Shown: positions 1-8,672 of the stretch, piece by piece
Numbering within the stretch: position 1 is the first letter of the stretch
How the letters are laid out: each line of letters starts with the position of its first letter
Origin: an uncultured Clostridia bacterium
Lineage (GTDB): Bacteria > Bacillota > Clostridia > Christensenellales > CAG-917
Length of the DNA: 64,000 nucleotides
Direction of reading: 5' to 3'
Assembly (NCBI GenBank): GCA_947581925.1
Contig: CANPWB010000003.1
Coordinates: 10,723-74,722 of the forward strand
Translations under genes and position numbers: made by a program
The notes under the pieces: generated by a model
Databases searched by the model: none
What the model was told of the DNA's origin: nothing
Seen by the model: only the letters and a program-made list of their open reading frames with translations

Positions 1-1011
1 CAGGGAGCTGAAAAAGACTATTTTGTTGAGCAGCCCTTCCATTTCGCGTATATTTGTGGTGGAGCTTTCCGCGATAAACTCCGCGACTTCATCCGAGAGC
101 GCGAATTTTGCCTGCGCCGCCTTATCCTTTAAAATTGCGACCCTTGTCTCGGTGTCGGGGATCTGTATATCCACAGTCAAACCCCAACTGAAACGCGTAC
201 GCAGTCTCTCCTCGAGAGTTGTGAGGTCCTTGGGCGCGCGATCGGACGTGAGGATTATCTGTTTGCTCCTGTGGTAGAGGTCGTTGAAAACGTTGAAGAA
301 GAGCTCCTGCGTCGCCTCTTTGTTGATGAGGGATTGTATATCGTCAACCATGAGAATGTCGCAACTGTTGTATTTTTCACGCAGCTTTGTAGCGTCGTCG
401 CGGGACTTTGGGTGCATTATGGACAAAAACTCCGTGATAAGAGTATCCGCGCTGACATAGAGCACCGTCTTTTCGGGGTTATTTTTGTAGACGTAATTGC
501 CTATCGCGTGCAAAAGGTGGGTCTTGCCAAGCCCTACGCCCGAGTATATGAAGAGAGGATTGTATTGATTTCCCGGCTCCTCAGCGACTGTCTTTGCCGC
601 GGCGAGCGCGTAGGCGTTGGACTTGCCCTCTATGAAAGTCTCGAAAGTGTATTTTGGGAGAAATGGGTTTTTCCGCCTTACCCTGTTCACATCTACGGAA
701 GTGCCGATGAAACCCTCGTCCTCAATGAAAATGCTTTGGTTTTTCAAAAACTCGTCCTTTTTGTCGGGAGTGGTGATGACTACGTCCGTAATGGACGAAT
801 TTATTGACGAGACGACCTCGCGTATCTTGTCAAGGTGACGCATATCTATGGTGCGTTTGGATGTTTCGGATATGGTGAGAAGGACCAGTGTTTTGCCGCC
901 AACGACGCACACTGGTTCGAGCTTGTCGATCCACACCTCATAGCTTATCGCGTTCATGGATATGGAAAGTTGATCTTTGGCATCCGCCCAAAACAAGTTG
1001 AGGTCTAACAT
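1..1011 (-). CDS. dnaA: Chromosomal replication initiator DnaA (3' part runs off the window)
   Basis: Not in the ORF track. Manual minus-strand translation from ATG at 1011 gives MLDLNLFWADAKDQL...PKYTFETFIEGKSN...YNPLFIYSGVGLGKTHLLHAIGN, the DnaA Walker A signature. Confidence 0.97.
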   Translation of the reverse strand, partial: MLDLNLFWADAKDQLSISMNAISYEVWIDKLEPVCVVGGKTLVLLTISETSKRTIDMRHLDKIREVVSSINSSITDVVITTPDKKDEFLKNQSIFIEDEGFIGTSVDVNRVRRKNPFLPKYTFETFIEGKSNAYALAAAKTVAEEPGNQYNPLFIYSGVGLGKTHLLHAIGNYVYKNNPEKTVLYVSADTLITEFLSIMHPKSRDDATKLREKYNSCDILMVDDIQSLINKEATQELFFNVFNDLYHRSKQIILTSDRAPKDLTTLEERLRTRFSWGLTVDIQIPDTETRVAILKDKAAQAKFALSDEVAEFIAESSTTNIREMEGLLNKIVFFSSL

Positions 1012-1018
1012 GCTTTTG

Positions 1019-1110
1019 ATTATATCAAAAACGGCAAAAATAGCAAGCAAAAAACAAAAAAAGAAATCTAAACACAATATGTTGAAAAAAAAACGGCGGC
1101 GGGTTATACT
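1019..1110. promoter_or_regulatory. Divergent sigma-A promoters for dnaA and recF
   Basis: Minus strand: TTGCTA-16-TATAAT with extended TG, -10 at 1019-1024. Plus strand: TTGAAA(1082)-17-TATACT(1105-1110). Confidence 0.65.
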
Positions 1111-1118
1111 TGTTGTGT

Positions 1119-2210
1119 ATGAGGATATCTTCTTTGGAGCTTTCAAACTTCCGCAACTATGCGTCCGCGTCCGTCTCGTTTGAAGACGGATTGAATGTCT
1201 TGTACGGCAAAAACGCGAGCGGAAAGACAAATCTCCTCGAGAGCATATACCTCTGCTCCATCTTCAAAAGCCCTCGCACGACGAAGGATAAGGAGCTTGT
1301 GAAGATAGGCGAAAAGAGCGCTACGGTCAAGCTTGTCGTGGAGCGAAAATTTGCAAGACATACCATATATCTGAACATAGACGCGCAGGGGCACAAAAAG
1401 GTCGCCGTGGATGGCTTGCCCATAAACCGCGCGGGAGAACTTTTGGGCGTCTTGGGCGTCGTTTTCTTCTCTCCCGACGAGATGAAACTCGTCAAGGAAT
1501 CCCCCGCCGAGCGCCGCAGATTTTTGGACGTAGGACTCTCACAACAGCAGAAAAGCTACTTTATCGCACTGCAACGCTATAATAAAACCCTGAAACAGAA
1601 AAATAACCTGCTCAAAGACTATCGCGGGAGCGCGAATATAGACGACATGCTTGACGTCTGGGACGCGGGGCTCGCGAGAGAGGGCGCGCTCATCATAAAG
1701 CGCCGAGTGGAGTACATCGCCACCCTAAACGACGCCGCGGGCAAATTTCACAGCGCGATAAGCGGGCAAAAAGAACAGCTCAAACTGTCCTATGAAAGCG
1801 GCATGAGCGACGCCGCGCAGGGCGAAGATATTGAAAAATTGCTACTTGGGGCTATAAAAGCGGCAAGGAGCAAAGATAAAGAACTGGGTTTCAGCACTGT
1901 CGGACCTCACCGCGACGATATCAAGATAGAGCTCGACGGCAAGGACAGCCGCAAGTTCGCCTCGCAGGGACAGCAGCGCACTATCGCCCTCGCAATGAAA
2001 CTCGGCGAAGTGCTCATCTACCGCGACGGCATAGGCGAGTCTCCCGTGCTTTTGCTCGACGACGTACTGAGCGAGCTGGACGAAAACCGCCAAAACCTCC
2101 TCCTCAAAATGACTCGCGGATTTCAGACCTTCCTCACCTGTACCGAGTTCGATTTGCCCTATCCCGCCACAAAATTTCTCATCAACGACGGCAGCGCCAA
2201 AAAAATGTAG
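1119..2210 (+). CDS. recF: DNA replication/repair protein RecF
   Basis: NFRNY motif, Walker A GKNASGKTN, GPHRDD, SQGQQRT, LLLDDVLSELD. Confidence 0.97.
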   Translation: MRISSLELSNFRNYASASVSFEDGLNVLYGKNASGKTNLLESIYLCSIFKSPRTTKDKELVKIGEKSATVKLVVERKFARHTIYLNIDAQGHKKVAVDGLPINRAGELLGVLGVVFFSPDEMKLVKESPAERRRFLDVGLSQQQKSYFIALQRYNKTLKQKNNLLKDYRGSANIDDMLDVWDAGLAREGALIIKRRVEYIATLNDAAGKFHSAISGQKEQLKLSYESGMSDAAQGEDIEKLLLGAIKAARSKDKELGFSTVGPHRDDIKIELDGKDSRKFASQGQQRTIALAMKLGEVLIYRDGIGESPVLLLDDVLSELDENRQNLLLKMTRGFQTFLTCTEFDLPYPATKFLINDGSAKKM

Positions 2211-2242
2211 TTTTATGTCCCGCGCAGGTTTATTGTTTGCAT

Positions 2243-2630
2243 GTGGGCTCCTCGCCCACGCCTCGGCAAGGGGTTTCACCCCCTGCACTCCCCATGCGGG
2301 GCGCTGCCCCGCACCCCGGCAAAGGGCGCTTTGCCCTTTGCAATCCCAAGCTAAAAACGCGCGAACGTCGTGACTTTTGTCACTAGTTCGCGCGTTTTTG
2401 GATTGTGTGTAAGGTAAAACTCCTGCGTGGGAGCTTGATATAAATGTCTCGTATTGTCCGAGGTTTTTTACTTAAACCTGGGGATGTTTCGACTTCGCTC
2501 AACATGACAGAATATTTATAATGTCATTCCGAGCATACGGGGTCGCCAAAATAATTACGAAGTGATTTTTTGGGGTAAAGCGTCGAGGAATCCCCTTGTC
2601 CGAGCGAATAAACGCAACCTCTGTCCGAGC
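2243..2630 (+). repeat. Composite intergenic repeat, copy 1 (modules A-B-C[D]-E)
   Basis: GGGCTCCTCGCCCAC..GGCAAGGG..CCCTGCAC; AAAAACGCGCGAAC..GTTCGCGCGTTTTT hairpin; AAAACTCCTGCGTGGGAGCTTGATA; TGTCATTCCGAGC..GTCGAGGAATCCC; TGTCCGAGC motifs. All recur elsewhere in the window. Confidence 0.9.
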
Positions 2631-3101
2631 TTATCGCTCCGCAAAGTTGACAATGCTTTTATGCTTTTTGTGCGCATACGCAAGAGCTTTGCAAGCGCCG
2701 CTGTTCTCGCGCTGTTCGGCGTAGAAAAGCACAACGTCGCTCATGTCTATCATAGCGCAGTTGCGATAGTACAACGAAGTATACCAATACTCAAAGCTCT
2801 TTGCGGGACAATCAAGCGCCTCGTATTCTTTTTTTTCGTACCAATGCGGCGGCTTATGCAGGTCGTGGTCGAGCGGAAAACAAAATACCCGCTTGATATT
2901 CAAATCGGGCTGCGCCTTTTTCTTCTCCGACACTATGTCGTACACCAGGTCGTCGAAATCGCTCAACCCGCCGAAGAGAAATGTACGCACTCCTTCATTT
3001 ATCGCACTATCTATCGCCTCCGCGACATTAGCGCGCAACTTGTCTGTGATATCAACCTGTTTGTGCCCGAAACACGAGCAAATTTTGTCTTGTTCGATCA
3101 T
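2631..3101 (-). CDS. SLOG-superfamily (YspA/DUF1273-like) protein, 156 aa
   Basis: CSCFGHK..FLFGGLSDFD..RNCAMIDMSDVVLFY..SGACKALAYAHKKHKSIVN fits the YspA-type SLOG pattern. Start placed at ATG 3101 after the AAAGGAG SD. Confidence 0.75.
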   Translation of the reverse strand: MIEQDKICSCFGHKQVDITDKLRANVAEAIDSAINEGVRTFLFGGLSDFDDLVYDIVSEKKKAQPDLNIKRVFCFPLDHDLHKPPHWYEKKEYEALDCPAKSFEYWYTSLYYRNCAMIDMSDVVLFYAEQRENSGACKALAYAHKKHKSIVNFAER

Positions 3102-3301
3102 AAAAACGCCGCTCCTTTGGAACGGCGTTGTAGAATACCGTTCCATGGTTGCGACGCCAATAGACCTTGTTTTCTCCGAACCCAGGCTTAGAACAGGTAT
3201 TACTACCTATATATTCGCCTGGGGACGAATATAGTATGCTGCTATATCCAAAAGAAAAATCGGATATCAAATAACAAGATCTTATGCTATTGTCGTCGCA
3301 A
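3102..3301 (-). ncRNA. Candidate structured leader RNA, copy 1 (family not recognised)
   Basis: Own promoter TTGATA(3329-3334)-17-TACAAT(3306-3311). Closing stem TTGCGACGACAATAG/CTATTGGCGTCGCAA, internal stems, GTAA tetraloop hairpin, terminal hairpin plus U-tract. Covaries with copy 2. Confidence 0.75.
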
Positions 3302-3374
3302 TGCTATTGTATCACCTAAAAATCAAAATATCAATTGCAATTTGAAATATTAAAAACTTTCAACTACCAGTCAT

Positions 3375-3563
3375 AAAAAACGCCGCTCCTTTGGAACGGC
3401 GCCGTAGCATACCGTCCCATAGTCGCAACACTAACAAAACGTATCCTTCAAGTTCGGGAAAAACGTCGGAACTGGCATCACTACCTATGATGTCCATTTT
3501 TCCCAAACAAAAAGTTCGTTATAACTCCTTGAAAGATAATTTTATGATTTATTAGTGTTGCAA
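3375..3563 (-). ncRNA. Candidate structured leader RNA, copy 2
   Basis: Promoter TTGATA(3591-3596)-17-TACAAT(3568-3573). Closing stem TTGCAACACTAATAAA/TTTGTTAGTGTTGCGA; same architecture as copy 1 with different stem sequences. Confidence 0.75.
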
Positions 3564-3616
3564 TGCTATTGTATCACCAAAATATCAGAATATCAATTGT
3601 AATTTGAAATTTACTA

Positions 3617-4140
3617 CTCGGAATGACAAGTTATAATTCCTGTCATGTTGAGCAAAGTCGAGGAAACCCCTAGTCCGAGCGATTAACGCACCCTCTGCCC
3701 GAGCTTTCTTATACACGCCGTCTGCCTTGTCCGAGCAACTTCGCGGAGCAAGCGGTTTTACCCTAAGTACGCAGTGAGGGCGGAGCTCTGTTTTATTTCC
3801 GCCCGAACAAGTGGCATAATTGCAGACTTGTCTGCACGACGTATCTCGGTGAGCGAGCGCAGCCTCTTCCCGCCCTGCCGCGGCGTAATGCTTGGGCTGT
3901 GTTTGCGCTCGAGCGCAAACCGTTAGTGAGTACGGGGAGGGAGGGGAGTCCTGAGTGCAGTGTGGCGGAACGTTATGCTAATACTAATACCCAAACTCAT
4001 CGCTGCACGTAACGAAGGGAGAGGTTGGGTCTTTCACTCCAATGTCTGAGATACTAACGCTTTTCGTGCTTGAACTCTAGTAACGCTTGTCCGGGCATTC
4101 TCATACACGGGCAGAAGCCTTCGTCCGAGCGTCCTCATAT
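3617..4140 (+). repeat. Composite repeat, copy 2 (partial C, E and long extension blocks)
   Basis: Blocks at ~3729-3783, ~3853-3910, ~3943-3964 and ~3997-4060 match the reverse complement of blocks in 6178-6862. Confidence 0.88.
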
Positions 4141-4175
4141 ATGTTTTCCGCAATGTCCATATGAAAAGCGACAGA

Positions 4176-4218
4176 AAAAACCGCCGATTTTGCATATTGT
4201 TTCAAAAGCGGCGGTTTA
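4176..4218 (-). terminator. Probable intrinsic terminator after parB
   Basis: AAACCGCCG..CGGCGGTTT inverted repeat; the adjacent A-tract reads as a U-tract on the minus strand. Confidence 0.55.
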
Positions 4219-4259
4219 TGACGTTAAAATTTAAAGTTTAACTTTGTTTTGTGCAAAAT

Positions 4260-5153
4260 TCAGCCTTTGAATTGTTTGAGCTGTTGCACAAGGGCGTAGA
4301 TGCGGTTGAGATCGTCGGCGGTGAAGTAGTCAATGGTTATCCTGCCCTTTGACTCGTTGCCGCGAAGTTTGACTTTTGTCGCAAACACGCGTTTCATATC
4401 GTTGAGCATTTCGCGGATCTCGGGGCTTTGTATCCTCTCGCGCGGGCCGCCTACGTTGGATTTGCGGGTGAAGTAGAGGCGGACTTCCTGCTCGAGCTCG
4501 CGCACGGACATTTTGCGCTGTACCGCCTTTTTCGCCATGTCGATGAGCACTGCCTTGTCGTCTATGGAAATGAGGGAGCGCGCATGTCCCGGGGACAGCT
4601 CTCCCGAGCGGACGAGGTCGGTGACTTCCTTGGGGAGCTGTAAAAGGCGCAGAGTGTTTGTGACGTACGGGCGGGACTTGCCTATGCGCTGAGCGACGTC
4701 TTCTTGCGTGAGACCGTGGCTGTCCATAAGCTCGCGCATGCCCTCCGCCGCCTCTATCGCGTTGAGGTCCTCGCGGTGCAGGTTCTCGATGAGCGAGATC
4801 TCTTGTATCTGTTGAGGAGACAGGTCTCTGACGATAGCGGGGACTTTTTTGAGCCCCGCAAGCAGACTCGCGCGGAAACGCCTCTCGCCCGCGATGATGA
4901 GATATCTTCCGCCCTCCGTCTTGACAAGGAGCAGAGGTTGAAGTACGCCGTACGTGGCTATGGAGTTTGCCATCTCGCGCAGACTGTCCTCATTGAAAGT
5001 CTTGCGCGGTTGAGAGGGATTGCGATCGATGAGAGTGATGTCTATCTCCTGCGTCGGGATGTCGTCGGGAGTGGGGACTGCTACGTTCGTCTGATTGTCG
5101 TTGAACAGGCCGCTCAAGCCCTGTGCGCCGAGGCCGCCTTTTATCTTTGCCAT
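4260..5153 (-). CDS. parB: ParB/Spo0J chromosome partitioning protein
   Basis: NPSQPRKTF, IIAGERRFRA CTPase motif, ENLHREDLNAIE, HTH KSRPYVTNTLRLL. Confidence 0.97.
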   Translation of the reverse strand: MAKIKGGLGAQGLSGLFNDNQTNVAVPTPDDIPTQEIDITLIDRNPSQPRKTFNEDSLREMANSIATYGVLQPLLLVKTEGGRYLIIAGERRFRASLLAGLKKVPAIVRDLSPQQIQEISLIENLHREDLNAIEAAEGMRELMDSHGLTQEDVAQRIGKSRPYVTNTLRLLQLPKEVTDLVRSGELSPGHARSLISIDDKAVLIDMAKKAVQRKMSVRELEQEVRLYFTRKSNVGGPRERIQSPEIREMLNDMKRVFATKVKLRGNESKGRITIDYFTADDLNRIYALVQQLKQFKG

Positions 5154-5260
5154 AATATCCTCCGAAAATGTTTTCGTTTTTTATTGCGCCGCAGATGTGC
5201 GCTCGCATTTAAGCGTATTGCGTGATTTTTAAATAAATACGCATATGTGGTGCAAAAAGT

Positions 5261-6034
5261 TCACTCGCACGTCTCGCGGGAGAGGAACTCCGCCGCAAGA
5301 GCCCTGTATGCTACCGCGCCCGCGCAGCGATTGTCGTACTCCGTGATAGGCTTGCCATAGCTTGGCGCCTCGGCGAGGCGGATGTTGCGGGGTATCTTTG
5401 TCTCGAACACCTTGTCGCCGAAGAATTTTGTAATCTCCTCAAGCACGCCCTTTGAGAGCTTGGAGCGACCGTCGTACATCGTCAGCACGACGCCCGTCAC
5501 GTCCAGAGACGCGTTGAGGTGCTTTTTGACAAGTTTCACCGTGTTCATCATCTGGCTCAGCCCCTCGAGCGCAAAAAATTCGCACTGTATGGGGATAAGC
5601 ACGCCGTTCGACGCCGTAAGCGCGTTTACCGTGAGCAGCCCCAGCGACGGCGGACAGTCTATGAATACAAAATCGAATTTGTCTTTAACGGGATCCAGCC
5701 TCTCGTCGAGGACGCGCTCCCGCCCTATCACTATTTGGCTGAGTTCGAGCTCCGCACCCGCAAGATCTATGGACGACGGGACAAGATACAGCCCGTCCGG
5801 CTTGCAGGGTATGATCGCGTCCTCGAAGGACAGCTCGTCGCAAAGTACGCCGTATACGGACGCCTTGAGTTTTTTATCGAATATGCCGAGCGCGCTTGTG
5901 GCGTTGCCCTGCGGATCGAAGTCCACAACAAGCACTTTCTTTCCGACCGCCGCGAGCGCCGCCGCAAGATCGACGCATGTCGTGGTCTTACCTACGCCGC
6001 CCTTTTGATTTGAAAACGAAATAATTTTTGCCAT
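5261..6034 (-). CDS. parA: ParA/Soj ATPase
   Basis: NQKGGVGKTTT, DFDPQGNAT, DCPPSLGLLT, IPRNIRLAEAPSYG. Confidence 0.97.
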   Translation of the reverse strand: MAKIISFSNQKGGVGKTTTCVDLAAALAAVGKKVLVVDFDPQGNATSALGIFDKKLKASVYGVLCDELSFEDAIIPCKPDGLYLVPSSIDLAGAELELSQIVIGRERVLDERLDPVKDKFDFVFIDCPPSLGLLTVNALTASNGVLIPIQCEFFALEGLSQMMNTVKLVKKHLNASLDVTGVVLTMYDGRSKLSKGVLEEITKFFGDKVFETKIPRNIRLAEAPSYGKPITEYDNRCAGAVAYRALAAEFLSRETCE

Positions 6035-6139
6035 ACATCAAGTGTAGCACAATCTCGGGACTAAGGCAACCGCGTTTCACAAATTGTTTCACAAAGTGCG
6101 ATAAGTGCTTTTCACCGCCCCATAACGCAGCGCCGGGAG

Positions 6140-7112
6140 GCACGGACAGAGGCGCATATATAACTCCTGCACGTCGTGCGTTAGTATCTCGGACATTGGA
6201 GTGAAAGACCCAACCTCTCCCTTCGTTACGTGCAGCGATGATAACGTTGGTCTGAGGGATAAATGGGGTCCCCACGAAATTACGCAGTGATTTCGTGGGG
6301 TAAAGGCACACTGCACTCAGGACTCCCCAGCTATACCCCACAAAAAATACTTTTTGCGGGGACCCCGATCTAAAACCCCATAAAATTCGTTCCACTCACG
6401 TCACATTTCTCTACTGCGACTCATCGTCACTCATTATTATGGGGACCCCGATGTAGCCCAGACAAGCTTTACATTAGAGCGCAAACACAGCCCCTGCGTT
6501 ACGCCGCGGCAGGGCGGGAAGGGGCTGCGCTCGCGCTTGCATTTGCTCAGAGCCCGCAACCATTGCGGAGCAAGGTCTTTAAGGGCTCACCGCAAAATGC
6601 TGCGCCACTCCGCGCGTGAAAATCGCTTGTCGCAGATTCCTCGCGTGAAAGAAAGTCAAGAGGTCATTCAAAGACGCTCGTCATGGCTCGGCGATTTTCA
6701 CGCTTGGGATATGCGGGCTAAGCCCGCTTTTTCTTTTTACTAGCGTTTGAGTGAGAGATAGCGGGGTCCCCAAAATAATTACGAAGTGATTTTTTGGGGT
6801 GCAGACCCGCCCTCACTGCGTACTTAGCGTGAAACCGCTCGCTCCGCGGCATCGCTCGGACAGGGCAAAGTCCGTATATAGGGGCGCTCGGACGGAGGGT
6901 TCGTTAATTCGCTCGGATTATACGTCCGTCAATATCAAGCTCTCACGCAGAAGTTTGACGCTTGCATACAAATCAAAAACGCGAGAGACGGCAAGAATTT
7001 GCCTAGCTCGCGTTTTTAGCTTGGGGTGCAGGGGTTGAAAACCCTTGCTGAGGTGTGGGGCAGCGCCCCACAGATAAGCATACAGGGAGTGGGGCGGAGC
7101 CCCACATGGAGC
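6140..7112 (-). repeat. Composite repeat, copy 3 (longest: A-B-E plus extension blocks with nested D hairpins)
   Basis: Reverse-complement matches to copies 1, 2 and 8. D hairpins are inserted at ~6265-6302, ~6334-6453 and ~6763-6800. Confidence 0.9.
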
Positions 7113-7113
7113 C

Positions 7114-7809
7114 TCACAGCGGGGATTTTTTGATGGAGCCGTAGCGGCGGGGATAGCCGTGGGGAGTGGGTGCGAGTTTTTCAAAGGTGAGGAGGGCGCG
7201 GGAGTTGCCGAATATGTCAAGGGACGTTGTCGAGACGTGGCGCATTTTGAGCGTGGCGAGCGCGTTTTGGGCGAGTGGGAGCTCGCTCGCGTCGGACTTG
7301 TAGGCTATGAATTTGCCGTCCGTCTTGAGCAGCGGTGAGGCGAGTTCCAAAAGTATATTCAGCGACGCGACGGCACGCGCGGTCGCGACGTCGAATTTGC
7401 AAAAGAGAGAGGATTGCTCCTCCGCGCGACCCGCGACGGTCGTTAGGTTTTTGACGCCGAGAGCGGAGGCGCTTGCCGAGAGGAAGGACATCTTTTTCGC
7501 GGTAGAGTCGAGGGCGGTGACGGATATGTCCTCGCGCAGTACGGCGAGCGGGAGGCCGGGAAAGCCCGCGCCCGCGCCTATGTCGATGAGCCGCGCGCCC
7601 TGCCCTATCAGCGGCGCGGCGGACGCGGAGTCGAGAATATGCTTTATGACAAAATCCCGCTCGTCCGATATGGCGGTGAGATTAAAGCGAGAGTTGGCGT
7701 CCGTGACGAGCTCGTAAAAGCCGACGAGGGCGTTCAGTTGCGCGTCGCTTGCGGGGATATCCCACGCGGCGAGAGCGTCGCGGAGCAGTTGTAAGTTTTG
7801 CTTTTCCAT
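7114..7809 (-). CDS. rsmG: 16S rRNA m7G527 methyltransferase RsmG (GidB)
   Basis: FNLTAI, KHILDS, DIGAGAGFPGLPL, ATARAVA; lies upstream of parA. Confidence 0.96.
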   Translation of the reverse strand: MEKQNLQLLRDALAAWDIPASDAQLNALVGFYELVTDANSRFNLTAISDERDFVIKHILDSASAAPLIGQGARLIDIGAGAGFPGLPLAVLREDISVTALDSTAKKMSFLSASASALGVKNLTTVAGRAEEQSSLFCKFDVATARAVASLNILLELASPLLKTDGKFIAYKSDASELPLAQNALATLKMRHVSTTSLDIFGNSRALLTFEKLAPTPHGYPRRYGSIKKSPL

Positions 7810-7943
7810 ATCGTAAGTGTAACATTTTGCCGCCCTAAAGGCAATCTTTTTTTGAGGCGGAGAGGAAGAGGGAAAGGAATGAAGCAAATTTCAAAAAATA
7901 TTGAGCAAGGCGCGGGAAATGTGCTATTATATATGCGGAGGCA

Positions 7944-8672
7944 ATGGATATGAGAATAGGCATTGTTACGGCTATGGCGGAGGAGACCCTCCCCATTTTG
8001 AACAGGCTTGGAAATATCGTCGCGCAAAGCGCCATATCGGGCGTGAGCGTGTGCAAAGCGCAGCTTGGCGCGCATACCGTCTATCTCGCTACAGGCGGCG
8101 TGGGCGAGATACGCGCGGCAATGACGATGCAGCTGTTGAAGGACCTCTTCGATATCGACGTAGCGCTCAACTTCGGATTCGTAGGAGCGTTGGATCCCTC
8201 GCTAAAACAGGGGGATCTGCTGCTTGCAAGGCGAGTTTGCCACTATCAATTCGACAGTTCGGCGATAGACGGCACCGTACCCGGGCAGTACGATGGCAGA
8301 GAGGAGAGATATTTCTATCTGGACGGCACGCTCATCGACAGAGTTCTCCTCGCGACGCGAAAGCCGATGAGACAGGTAACTGTCGCAAGCGGGGACGTGT
8401 TTGTCGCAAACGCGGGGATGAAAAAACGCCTGAGAGAGGAGTTTGAGTGCGACATCTGCGAGATGGAGCTTGCCGCCCTCGCGCTTGTAAGCGAGCGCAA
8501 CCGCATCCCCCTGCTCAGCTTAAAAGTGGTGTCTGACAGCGCGGACGAGAGTTCTCCCATGAGTTTTCCAGAGGTCGTAAAAAAAGCTATGACCAAATAC
8601 GAGGAGCTGTTGCCCGACATCATCTCCGCGGTCACGGGCGAGGCGTCTCCCCTGCCCCCGATAAAGAAATAG
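7944..8672 (+). CDS. mtnN: 5'-methylthioadenosine/S-adenosylhomocysteine nucleosidase
   Basis: IGIVTAMAEE, GGVGEIRAA, SGDVFV, CEMELAALA, KVVSDSAD. Confidence 0.85.
   Translation: MDMRIGIVTAMAEETLPILNRLGNIVAQSAISGVSVCKAQLGAHTVYLATGGVGEIRAAMTMQLLKDLFDIDVALNFGFVGALDPSLKQGDLLLARRVCHYQFDSSAIDGTVPGQYDGREERYFYLDGTLIDRVLLATRKPMRQVTVASGDVFVANAGMKKRLREEFECDICEMELAALALVSERNRIPLLSLKVVSDSADESSPMSFPEVVKKAMTKYEELLPDIISAVTGEASPLPPIKK

Noticed and set aside
3729-4060. Extension blocks as a group II intron or hammerhead ribozyme
   Set aside because: I found no recognisable domain V/VI or GUGYG boundary, no CUGAUGA/GAAA core, and no maturase ORF.
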